From contig JACRFL010000001.1 in NCBI GenBank assembly GCA_016217905.1, forward strand, positions 18,287 to 82,286: DNA of 64,000 nucleotides, written 5' to 3'. The DNA is from Candidatus Kaiserbacteria bacterium. Its GTDB lineage: Bacteria > Patescibacteriota > Minisyncoccia > Phycocordibacterales > Phycocordibacteraceae. The notes under the pieces were generated by a model. That model saw nothing but the letters and a program-made list of their open reading frames with translations. It had not been told where the DNA came from and ran no database searches. Below, one piece after another: positions 37,457 to 46,100 of this stretch. The position numbers and the translations under genes were made by a program. Within the stretch, counting starts at the first letter, position 1. The number at the start of each line of letters is the position of its first letter.

Positions 37457-38800
37457 ATGACACCCGTCGTCTCTCGTTTCGCCCCCTCGCCGACCGGACT
37501 TCTCCATTCCGGCAATTATCGCACGGCCATATTCGCCTACCTCTTCGCGAAACACAGCGGCGGGAAATTCATCGTACGCATCGAGGACACCGACGCGGCG
37601 CGTTCCAAACCGGAATATGAAAAAAATATTTTCGAAGCGCTCGTATGGCTCGATCTTCCTGCCGACGAAACGTACCGACAGAGCGATCACCGCGCGCGCC
37701 ACCGCGAGCTCCTTGAGAAACTCATCGTTGAAGATGTCGCGTACGTCTCGAAAGAAGCCCCGCAGGCTCCGGGCGACCGCGCGGAGGTCATCCGATTCAG
37801 GAACCAGGGCGGCGTCATCGCATTTACCGATGTCATCCGCGGCTCCATTGCGACCGACGTTACCGATCTCGGCGACTTCATCATCGCCCGGTCTCTCGAC
37901 GAACCGGTCTTCCACTTCGCGGTCGCCGTCGACGACGCGGACGAGGGCGTGACGCACGTCATCCGCGGCGCAGACCACATCTCGAACACCGCGCGCCAGA
38001 TACTCATTCAGCGCGCGCTCAACCTCCCCGAACCACGGTACGCGCACCTGCCGCTCATCCTCGACAAGGCGCACAAGAAGCTGTCGAAACGCACCGGGGC
38101 GAAGGCGCTCACCGAATATCGCGACATCGGCGTGCTGCCCGAAGCGTTCCTCAACTATCTCGCGCTTCTTGGCTGGAATCCGGGTGACGATCGCGAGTAT
38201 CTCTCGCGCGACGAACTCATCAAGGCGTTCGATCTCTCCCGCGTTCAGAAGGGAAGTGCCGTTTTCGACGAAGTGAAGCTCTTCTCGGTAAACCAGCACT
38301 GGATGCGCAAACTCTCGGTTGACGATTTTATCGCACATTTGAATGTAGGACGTACGACGTCCTACATGGATTCCGAGATGCTTCGGAGAGCCGTTCCGCT
38401 CCTCAAGGAACGCGCCCACACCTTCTCCGAGGCGCGGGAGATGCTCTTCGGCGAGCTCTCCTGCCTTTTCGCGAAAACCTCCCTCGACCACACCCTGCTC
38501 CTCGTAAAGGAACTTCCCGAACGCCCGGGAATGACCAAAAGAGCCTTGGAAGCCCTTTCTGCGGCTCTACAAGCCCTTCCCGAAGGCGTTTCCGCCGAGG
38601 CGGTAAAGGAGGCACTTATGCCGCTTGCGGACCTCGAAGAGGCAAAAGGGAAAGGGGGACGGGGAGCACTGCTCTGGCCGCTGCGGTATGCGCTCTCGGG
38701 ACGGGAGCGCTCGCCCGACCCGTTCACGCTCGTCTCCATCCTCGGCCACGCCGAAGCCGTTTCGCGCGTGCAGACAGCCATTGCTATACTGGAGAAATGA
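37457..38800 (+). CDS. gltX: glutamyl-tRNA synthetase (short, 447 aa)
   Basis: RFAPSPTGLLHSGN (HIGH region). KLSKRTGA (KMSKS). Contains an in-frame 25-nt palindrome at 38343-38367. Confidence 0.85.
   Translation: MTPVVSRFAPSPTGLLHSGNYRTAIFAYLFAKHSGGKFIVRIEDTDAARSKPEYEKNIFEALVWLDLPADETYRQSDHRARHRELLEKLIVEDVAYVSKEAPQAPGDRAEVIRFRNQGGVIAFTDVIRGSIATDVTDLGDFIIARSLDEPVFHFAVAVDDADEGVTHVIRGADHISNTARQILIQRALNLPEPRYAHLPLILDKAHKKLSKRTGAKALTEYRDIGVLPEAFLNYLALLGWNPGDDREYLSRDELIKAFDLSRVQKGSAVFDEVKLFSVNQHWMRKLSVDDFIAHLNVGRTTSYMDSEMLRRAVPLLKERAHTFSEAREMLFGELSCLFAKTSLDHTLLLVKELPERPGMTKRALEALSAALQALPEGVSAEAVKEALMPLADLEEAKGKGGRGALLWPLRYALSGRERSPDPFTLVSILGHAEAVSRVQTAIAILEK
38343..38367. repeat. 25-nt perfect palindrome ATGTAGGACGTACGACGTCCTACAT, copy 2, in-frame inside gltX (encodes VGRTTSYM)
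   Basis: Identical to 12926-12950 in alaS. Same reading frame relative to the host gene. Confidence 0.9.
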
Positions 38801-40125
38801 CGCGCCTCGGGTTTTTCATTCTTTCCGCGGGACTCGTGCTCGGGACGCCGTACCTCGCGCGCGCCGACGCCGCGTCCGACATTCAAGCGCAGATAGACGC
38901 GAACAATCAGCAGCTTGAAGCCCTCAAAGCAGATGTCGCCGCGTACCAGAAGCAGCTGGATATGCTCGGTACGCAGAAGAACACGCTCCAATCCACGGTG
39001 AACGCGCTCGCGCTATCCCAGAAGCAGCTCGCGGCGCAGATCAGAGCGACGCAAAACAAGATCTCCTCGGCGAATCTGCAGATACGGGAATTGACGCTCT
39101 CCATCGGCGACAAAGAGGCGGCCATCGCTTCCGGTCGGGACGCGGTCGCGAAGGCGCTTCGCAGCGTCGCTCAGGACGAAGGGGAGTCCCTTTTCACCAC
39201 ACTCATCTCGTCAGACTCGCTCGGCGAAGCGTGGCAGGCGGCCGACCAGGCAGCGCTATTCAACCGGGCGCTCGGCGGGCGTATTGCCGAATTGCGCGCG
39301 GCGCGTACCGAATTGGCGACGAATCGCGATCGGGTGACGAAAGCGAAGGCGGAGCTCGTGTCGCTCCAAAACGACCTCACGCTACAGAAACGCTCCGTCG
39401 ACGCGAACAAGGCGGCCCAGCAGCAGCTGCTCGCGCAAACCAAGAATCAAGAAGCCAACTACCAGAAACTCATCGCGCAGAAGCAGGCCGCCGAAAAGGC
39501 ATTCGAACAGGAGCTTGTCGACCTGCAAGGCCAACTGAATCTCATCGTGCATCCGGATCGCCTGCCGAAGGTCGGTTCGGGCGTTCTCTCTTGGCCCTTC
39601 GGCGGCTCGTTCATGCTGAATTGCACGCAACGCAAGAACGTGTTCGGAAATCTCTTCTGCATCACCCAATATTTCGGCACTACGCCGTTCTCGACGGCGA
39701 ACCCGCAGGTCTACAACGGCGGTGGGCATCCCGGCATCGATATCTTCGCGCCCATCGGCACGCCAATTAAAGCGGCGCTCCCCGGCGTCGTCCTCGCCAC
39801 CGGAAATACGGATATCTACGGGGGATGTTATTCCTACGGGAAATGGGTGATGGTCATCCACGGCAACGGCATCAGCACGCTCTACGCGCACCTCTCCGCG
39901 ATCGATGTGACGAAAGAGCAGTCGATTGAAACTGGGCAGACGATCGGACTGTCGGGTATGACCGGCTACGCGACCGGGCCGCACCTGCATTTCGGCGTGT
40001 ATGCGACCGAGGGCACTCAGATTCTGACCTTGCGCCAATTCCGCGGCGCGAAAAACGGCTGCGCCGACGCGCCGATGCCGGTGGCGACTCTCTCTGCCTA
40101 CCTCAATCCGCTTTCGTATCTCTAG
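38797..40125 (+). CDS. M23 family metallopeptidase with N-terminal coiled-coil (EnvC-like)
   Basis: Signal/TM. Long Q/A-rich coiled coil. C-terminal HPGIDIF...HLHFGV M23 zinc motifs. Confidence 0.85.
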   Translation: MTRLGFFILSAGLVLGTPYLARADAASDIQAQIDANNQQLEALKADVAAYQKQLDMLGTQKNTLQSTVNALALSQKQLAAQIRATQNKISSANLQIRELTLSIGDKEAAIASGRDAVAKALRSVAQDEGESLFTTLISSDSLGEAWQAADQAALFNRALGGRIAELRAARTELATNRDRVTKAKAELVSLQNDLTLQKRSVDANKAAQQQLLAQTKNQEANYQKLIAQKQAAEKAFEQELVDLQGQLNLIVHPDRLPKVGSGVLSWPFGGSFMLNCTQRKNVFGNLFCITQYFGTTPFSTANPQVYNGGGHPGIDIFAPIGTPIKAALPGVVLATGNTDIYGGCYSYGKWVMVIHGNGISTLYAHLSAIDVTKEQSIETGQTIGLSGMTGYATGPHLHFGVYATEGTQILTLRQFRGAKNGCADAPMPVATLSAYLNPLSYL

Positions 40126-40186
40126 TGCGCCACAGAAGCAGGGAAGCGTATGTGCGATACGGAGGCCACCTCGACATGACGAGATA

Positions 40187-40215
40187 TTACCATCCGTCGC
40201 CTTCCGTTGTATAAT
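40187..40215 (+). promoter_or_regulatory. sigma-70-like promoter TTACCA-17 bp-TATAAT
   Basis: Perfect TATAAT at 40210-40215 with 17-bp spacing to a 4/6 -35 match. Lies 14 nt upstream of the small ORF ATG. Confidence 0.45.
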
Positions 40216-40228
40216 GCGGCTACCCGCC

Positions 40229-40402
40229 ATGTTCAAACTCATTTTCTGGATGCTTATCCTCTTGCTTGCGCTGTCGTTTTTTGGCATCTCTCTTCAGGCA
40301 ATCGTCAACTCTCCGGCCGGCCAGGCGAACTTCTCCTATCTCCTCGACCTCCTCTCTCGCGCTTGGCAATGGGCAACTTATTGGATTCGACCAACCGGAT
40401 AG
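40229..40402 (+). CDS. small hydrophobic protein (57 aa, one TM helix)
   Basis: MFKLIFWMLILLLALSFFGISL TM segment. Lower-GC 345-bp gap between convergent genes. The first ATG at 40214 overlaps the -10. Confidence 0.4.
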   Translation: MFKLIFWMLILLLALSFFGISLQAIVNSPAGQANFSYLLDLLSRAWQWATYWIRPTG

Positions 40403-40469
40403 CTTGCCGACAGGGCGAGGGAGAAGAATCTATAGTTCGCACAATATATCTTTTGCGTAAATAACGTAT

Positions 40470-41201
40470 TCAGCAGGAAATGTTCGCGACGATGTAGTCG
40501 TACGCCTCGTCTACCGAATCGACGACCGCGTAAAGCGCCAAATCTCCCTTGTCGATAGCCGCGTGCTCCTCGTATAGGACTTTCTCGATGAAGCCGATGA
40601 GCGGCTCCCAGTAGCTCTTCCCGAACAGAACGATGGGCACTTTGTGGATCTTCTTGGTTTGCACGAGCGTGATGATCTCGAACAGCTCGTCGAGCGTGCC
40701 GAAACCGCCGGGAAAGTAAATGTAGACTTCGGACGCATACGTCAGCATCACCTTCCGCACGAAAAAATGGTCGAAAACGAATCTCTCGGTGAGATACGGA
40801 TTATACTCCTGCGCTTCCGGCAAATTGATATTAAGCCCGACCGAAGCGCCGCCGACCTCGAACGCACCCTTGTTCGCGGCCTGCATGACGCCCGCGCTGC
40901 CGCCGGTGATAATCGCGAAGCCGCGTTTCGCAAGCCGCCGCGCGAGCTCTTCGGCGTCTTTATACACGTGATCCTCGAACGACGCGCGCGAACTGCCGAA
41001 AAAGGATGCCGCGAGGCCGTGACGGCGGATGATGTCGAATCCTTCCACAAATTCCGACATGATCTTGAAGATCCGCCATGATTCTATCTTCCTCGGCTTG
41101 CAGACGAGGAGCGGGCGTTTCTCGGGCAGGGTGCGCCGGCCTTCGTGGAGCATCTGCGCGAGCCGCTCGGCTGATTCGTCGCGGGTCAAATCCTCATTCA
41201 T
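40470..41201 (-). CDS. LOG family protein (TIGR00730 Rossmann-fold, cytokinin riboside 5'-monophosphate phosphoribohydrolase-like)
   Basis: GGSAGVMQAANKGA. PGGFGTLDELFE (PGGxGTxxE signature). Confidence 0.8.
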   Translation of the reverse strand: MNEDLTRDESAERLAQMLHEGRRTLPEKRPLLVCKPRKIESWRIFKIMSEFVEGFDIIRRHGLAASFFGSSRASFEDHVYKDAEELARRLAKRGFAIITGGSAGVMQAANKGAFEVGGASVGLNINLPEAQEYNPYLTERFVFDHFFVRKVMLTYASEVYIYFPGGFGTLDELFEIITLVQTKKIHKVPIVLFGKSYWEPLIGFIEKVLYEEHAAIDKGDLALYAVVDSVDEAYDYIVANISC

Positions 41202-41221
41202 GATGAGTGCATACTACCAGA

Positions 41222-41593
41222 CTACCGGGGTGCGCAATTCGCGGCGAGCGTATAACCTGCTTGCATCGCCGCAGAAGCGGAGACGAATCGCACTTTGTTG
41301 GCCTCCGCGATGCGGCCGGCTCCGACGCACTCGGTGAAGTAGTATTTTGTTCCGTTTTTCGACGCCACCACTTCCCCTCCCTGTCTGGCCGCAGGCTCCA
41401 CGGCCCCACCTAAGACTGCGGGGGATTCCTCGATTACGATGCCGCCCTCCCCCCGCCTCGCATCAAGTCCGGCGAGGAAGCCGAGGCCGAATGAGAACAG
41501 CGATGCGAGCACGAGGACGGCAAGGACGCTCGCGTCCCGCGGCACTCTCGCGACGAGGCTTTTGCATTTTTCGCGCACTTCTGCTACAGTCAT
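41222..41593 (-). CDS. hypothetical membrane-anchored protein with C-terminal Cys motif
   Basis: N-terminal [23 protein letters not shown]-terminal KYYFTEC...[19 protein letters not shown]. Confidence 0.45.
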   Translation of the reverse strand: MTVAEVREKCKSLVARVPRDASVLAVLVLASLFSFGLGFLAGLDARRGEGGIVIEESPAVLGGAVEPAARQGGEVVASKNGTKYYFTECVGAGRIAEANKVRFVSASAAMQAGYTLAANCAPR

Positions 41594-41612
41594 CGAGTAC
41601 TACTATAACACT

Positions 41613-41885
41613 ATGGCATCGACGAAGGCTGGCGGTTCCGCAAAAAACCTCAACGATTCCAACCCCAAATATCTCGGGGTGAAGCTTGCTGGCGGCGCTG
41701 CAGCGCGCCCGGGCATGGTCATCGTCCGTCAGCGCGGCACGAAAATCGAGGCGGGGAAGAATGTCGGTGTCGGCCGCGACCACACGCTCTTCGCGCTTGC
41801 AAACGGCACCGTCGCGTTCCGCACGCGCCGCAAGACCAACTTCGCCGGACGCATCATCGCCAAAAAAGTCGCCGACGTCATCTAA
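41613..41885 (+). CDS. rpmA: ribosomal protein L27
   Basis: In-frame ATG within ORF 41439..41885. [12 protein letters not shown]...LGVK..GG...[10 protein letters not shown]...[12 protein letters not shown] matches L27. Confidence 0.9.
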   Translation: MASTKAGGSAKNLNDSNPKYLGVKLAGGAAARPGMVIVRQRGTKIEAGKNVGVGRDHTLFALANGTVAFRTRRKTNFAGRIIAKKVADVI

Positions 41886-41938
41886 GCCAAAGCCAGCAAA
41901 GCAAAAAAATAGTAAGACTCGGCCGAGCGGCAGGGAGA

Positions 41939-42382
41939 CTACTCCGCTTCGATTGTAATAGAAAACTTTCCGAACGTTTCTCCTGCGGCAACGGGGATGT
42001 CAAACGTGCCGAGCTCTTTGAGGGGCTTCTCGAGCTTGATCGCGTCCTCGGGTACATCAACGCGCGCCTGCTCCTTCATGGCGGCGCGAATCTCCTGCTT
42101 CCCCACCGCGTCGTAGAGGTGCCCCTTCTCGTTTGCCTTCATTTTGATAACGATGCGTGCCTCGTCAAGCGACGCGAGGTTTTGCGCGAGAAGCGCCGCA
42201 TCGAGGACGGCGCGGTCGGTGGCCTGCTTCATCCGCAATTCGGCCTCTTTCATCGCCGCGGGGGTCGCGGCCACCGCAAGCTTATTGGGGATAAGGAAAT
42301 TGAGTGCGTACCCGCCCGCCACGACGGCCGACTCGTGAGCGCGCCCGACCCCCTTCACGTCCTTGGTCAAAACAACCTTCAT
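41939..42382 (-). CDS. rplI: ribosomal protein L9
   Basis: MKVVLTKDVKGVGRAHESAVVAGGYALNFLIPNKLA. Confidence 0.9.
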   Translation of the reverse strand: MKVVLTKDVKGVGRAHESAVVAGGYALNFLIPNKLAVAATPAAMKEAELRMKQATDRAVLDAALLAQNLASLDEARIVIKMKANEKGHLYDAVGKQEIRAAMKEQARVDVPEDAIKLEKPLKELGTFDIPVAAGETFGKFSITIEAE

Positions 42383-42401
42383 GTGCGCCCAGCCTACCCT
42401 A

Positions 42402-43652
42402 TTACTTCCCCGTCGTCAAAAATGTGATCGCGCGGGCCATTTGCGGGTCTTTCTTCGCCGCCGCATCGGAGGGCGTGTACGGCACGATGATGTCCGGCGC
42501 AATCCCGTTGCCCATGATCCAGTGGCCCGCGGGCGTTACCCAACGAGCGACGGTAACCTTCAGCGACCCGCCGTCGAGGTCGATGAGCGTCTGCACGGAA
42601 CCCTTGCCGAAAGATTTCGTACCGATCAGGGTTGCGACGCGGGCATCCTTCAGAGCTCCCGCAAGAATCTCCGAAGCGGAGGCTGATCCGCCGTCGATAA
42701 GAACGGCGATGTCCGTCCCCGCCGGTACGTCCCCGTACCCGAGACTCGCATGCACCTGGTTCGCTTCCTTCCCTCCGAAATCTTCGGTCACGACCGTCGC
42801 GCCCTGCGGGAGGAAGTGGCTCGCGATGTCGACCGCCGCGTCAAGATAGCCGCCGGGGTTGCTCCGCAGGTCGAGAACGAGCTTTTTTGAACCGGACGCC
42901 TTGAAGCGCTCGAACGCCCGGCTAAAGAGGTCCGCGGAATTGGCGGTGAATTCGTAGAGTGCGATGCGGTAGACGCCGCTCGCCTGGTCGAGGCCGTCAT
43001 CGGTTTCCGGCACCTGGATCGTGTCGCGGACGACCTTGATGTCCGTCGCCTTTCCATTGCGGATGATGGTGAGATCGACGCTCGTGCCCGCCGGGCCGCG
43101 GATTTTGCTGACCGCCTTGTCGATGGAGAGACCTTCGGTCGATTTCCCATCGATTGCGATGATCTGATCGCCCGCTTTGATGCCGGCAACGGCGGCGGGG
43201 GTCCCCTTCAGGGGCGCGATGACGGTCAGGATGTTGTCCCGTATGCCGATCTCCATGCCGACGCCCGCGAAACTCCCCGAGATGCTTTCCGCGAACGCTT
43301 TCGCCTCCTCGGGCGGCAGATAAACGGTGTACGGGTCGCCGTAGGAGGCGGCGAGCCCGCTGATCGCGCCGTAGACGCGTTCTTTGGCGGTCGGCAGCGT
43401 CGAGGACGCGTGTGTGGCGACGTAATGTTCGGAGAGCGCGTTCCACGCTTTCCAGAAAGCGGCGACATCGGTCTTCTGGTCCGGCGTCGCGTCAAGGCCG
43501 TCCCCGAGAAGCGGAACGCGCGCAATGACCGAGGCCGGAGAACCGCCGCCGAAAGAGAGCCCCGCGCCGAAAGAGAGCCCCGCGACAAGAGCGAATGCGA
43601 CGCCGCGGGCGACGACGCCTTTCCTTCGACGATACCGGCTTTCTATTTCCAT
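42402..43652 (-). CDS. ctpA: carboxyl-terminal processing protease (S41) with PDZ domain
   Basis: PDZ GIKAGDQIIAIDG. VLDLRSNPGGYL. LIDGGSASASEILAG. Start taken at M23 of the ORF so it does not overlap the divergent corA-like start. Confidence 0.85.
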   Translation of the reverse strand: MEIESRYRRRKGVVARGVAFALVAGLSFGAGLSFGGGSPASVIARVPLLGDGLDATPDQKTDVAAFWKAWNALSEHYVATHASSTLPTAKERVYGAISGLAASYGDPYTVYLPPEEAKAFAESISGSFAGVGMEIGIRDNILTVIAPLKGTPAAVAGIKAGDQIIAIDGKSTEGLSIDKAVSKIRGPAGTSVDLTIIRNGKATDIKVVRDTIQVPETDDGLDQASGVYRIALYEFTANSADLFSRAFERFKASGSKKLVLDLRSNPGGYLDAAVDIASHFLPQGATVVTEDFGGKEANQVHASLGYGDVPAGTDIAVLIDGGSASASEILAGALKDARVATLIGTKSFGKGSVQTLIDLDGGSLKVTVARWVTPAGHWIMGNGIAPDIIVPYTPSDAAAKKDPQMARAITFLTTGK

Positions 43653-43699
43653 CCTGCAGAGTGTAGCACAGGCAAAGCGACGCGTGGTATTCTGGACGC

Positions 43700-44617
43700 A
43701 TGATATTTCGGCATGCATACCGCGAAGGGGTGTGGGTCGACCTTGAACAGCCGAGCGAAGACGAAATACGGGACGTCATACGGGAGTTCTCGATCAGTTC
43801 CTCGTTCGAAAAGGAGATGCTCTCCCCCACCCCCGCCGCGCTCGTCGCGGGGGATGCCGGTATGACGCTTCTCGTCCTCCATTTCCCGGCGCACGGCGAG
43901 GACGACGACACGAAAAGCCAAGAGGTCGATTTCATCGTCGGCGACCGCTTCATCGTGACGATACGGTACGAGGTCGTCGCGCCCCTCTATCACCTTAAAA
44001 AGCTGCTTGAAGCCCAGACACTTGTCGAAAAGAAAAATCTTATCACGACCGACATCCTGCTTGAAATCCTCTTCGCGCATCTCTACGCGTCCGTGCGCGA
44101 TCACACCGACCACATTCTCGACAAACTGGCGCGCGTCGAGCGGGACATGTTCGACGGCCGCGAGCGCACCACGATACGCTCGATTTCGAATATCAGCCGG
44201 GAATTCCTGCATATGGAAGCGACACTCGCGAATCAGGAGGACTCCCTGGCCCGCTTCTTGAAGATGCTTGCCGGACGGGACGCGTTCGGCCCCGCCTTCG
44301 CCGAGCGGGCCGAGCGCGTCCTCGCGCAGCGCGAACAGGCCGCACGACTTGTCGCGACGCACCGCGCGGTCGCGGCCGAGCTGCGCGAGACCAACAGCGC
44401 GCTCCTCGGGTCGCGTCAAAACGAAATCATGAAGACGCTCACCACCGTTAATTTCATTTTCCTTCCGCTCGGACTCATCACGTGGACATTCGCGATGCGC
44501 ACAGAGGGCACGCCGCTTATCGATTCGCCGAACGCTTTTTGGATCGTGATCGGCATCATGCTCGGCGTCGCCGCTCTTTTGACCGCCTTTTTCGCGAGGA
44601 AACGCTGGATTTTCTGA
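43700..44617 (+). CDS. CorA-family divalent cation transporter homolog with non-canonical AMR in place of GMN
   Basis: CorA fold: N-terminal cytoplasmic domain, then two C-terminal TM helices. Loop FLPLGLITWTFAMRTEG aligns to the CorA FMPLTFIAGIYGMNFEYMPE. Confidence 0.7.
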   Translation: MIFRHAYREGVWVDLEQPSEDEIRDVIREFSISSSFEKEMLSPTPAALVAGDAGMTLLVLHFPAHGEDDDTKSQEVDFIVGDRFIVTIRYEVVAPLYHLKKLLEAQTLVEKKNLITTDILLEILFAHLYASVRDHTDHILDKLARVERDMFDGRERTTIRSISNISREFLHMEATLANQEDSLARFLKMLAGRDAFGPAFAERAERVLAQREQAARLVATHRAVAAELRETNSALLGSRQNEIMKTLTTVNFIFLPLGLITWTFAMRTEGTPLIDSPNAFWIVIGIMLGVAALLTAFFARKRWIF

Positions 44618-44620
44618 CGC

Positions 44621-46081
44621 ATGGACTGGTTCGCACGCATCAGGGGAAGACGGAAGACCGCGGTACAGCATCGACTCGCGCAAGTATTTCTCACGAACAC
44701 GCTCTCGGGCAACAAGGAACTTTTTGTATCCCAGAAACCGAAGACCGCGCTCCTCTATTCTTGCGGGCCGACCGTGTACAATCGCGCGCACATTGGGAAT
44801 CTGCGCGCATATGTGTTCTCGGACACTCTCGCACGTACCCTCGCCGCCGCCGGGTATCATGTACGTCGCGTCATCAACATAACGGACGTGGGGCATCTAG
44901 TCGGCGACGGCGATCGCGGCGAGGACAAAATGAGCGTGGGTGCAGCGCGCGAACACACGACACCTGAAGCAATCGCGCTTCGCTACGCCAAACTGTTCAT
45001 AGAAGACATCGACGAACTGAATATCGATACGAATGACATTCTTTTCCCGCGCGCTACCGACTACATCAAAGAGCAGATCGCGCTCGCCAAGACGCTCGAA
45101 GAAAAAGGCTTCGCCTACCGTCTCTCCGACGGCCTCTACTTCGACACGCAAAAGTTCCCGGGCTATGGGAAGCTCGGCGGACTTTCCGGTGTGAAGCTGG
45201 AAGCCGGTGCGCGCGTGGAAGTGGTGAGGGGCAAACACCACCCGTCCGATTTCGTGCTGTGGCGCACGGCGAAACCGGAAGATCTCCAGCAGTGGGACAG
45301 CCCGTGGGGCCGCGGCAATCCAGGCTGGCACATCGAGTGCTCGGCGATGATTCGCGCGCTCTTGGGGCAGGAGATCGACATCCATACCGGAGGCGAAGAC
45401 CACGTGAGCGTGCATCACAACAACGAGATCGCGCAATCCGAAGCGGCAAATGGGCGCACCTTCGTCCACTACTGGATGCACAGCGCTTTCCTCACCATGA
45501 ACGGAGAGAAAGCTTCAAAATCGCTCGGCAACGTTATCTATCTTTCGGACATCCTTGAGAAAGGATTCCATCCGCTCGCGCTTCGTTACTTCTTTCTCCA
45601 GGCGCACTACCGTACTCCCCTCTCCTTCTCCTGGGACGCGCTTGCGGGTGCAGCGAGCGCGCTCGATCGGCTCTGGAAACTCTCGCGAGAGATCTCCCAG
45701 GAATCCAAGAGCGTCGGCGTGCCTTCGGAGGCGCGCGAACGCTTCCTCGCTACCGTACGCGATGACCTCGCCACTCCGCAGGCGCTCGGCGTTCTCTGGG
45801 ATTCGCTTCGAAGCGAAGAATACGCGCCCGAAGAGAAGTGGGGACTTCTCGAGGACGCCGAGGCGCACTTCGGCCTCGCGCTTCGCACCCCCCCTCCTCT
45901 TCCCGGCGCCTTGGCCGAAGCGGATATACCGGAAGAGGTACGGAAGAGGGTCGCGCGCCGCGAAGCGGCGCGCGCGTCCTCGGATTTTGAGGAGGCCGAC
46001 CGCATCCGGCGTGAGATCGAAAAGAGTGGATATCGTGTGGAAGACTCCTCCGGCGGGCCGGTGTTGACCAAACGGCCGTAG
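44621..46081 (+). CDS. cysS: cysteinyl-tRNA synthetase
   Basis: CGPTVYNRAHIGN. KASKSLGN. Zinc-binding Cys/His positions. Confidence 0.9.
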   Translation: MDWFARIRGRRKTAVQHRLAQVFLTNTLSGNKELFVSQKPKTALLYSCGPTVYNRAHIGNLRAYVFSDTLARTLAAAGYHVRRVINITDVGHLVGDGDRGEDKMSVGAAREHTTPEAIALRYAKLFIEDIDELNIDTNDILFPRATDYIKEQIALAKTLEEKGFAYRLSDGLYFDTQKFPGYGKLGGLSGVKLEAGARVEVVRGKHHPSDFVLWRTAKPEDLQQWDSPWGRGNPGWHIECSAMIRALLGQEIDIHTGGEDHVSVHHNNEIAQSEAANGRTFVHYWMHSAFLTMNGEKASKSLGNVIYLSDILEKGFHPLALRYFFLQAHYRTPLSFSWDALAGAASALDRLWKLSREISQESKSVGVPSEARERFLATVRDDLATPQALGVLWDSLRSEEYAPEEKWGLLEDAEAHFGLALRTPPPLPGALAEADIPEEVRKRVARREAARASSDFEEADRIRREIEKSGYRVEDSSGGPVLTKRP

Positions 46082-46100
46082 TGGTAGAATCGGGGAGTAT

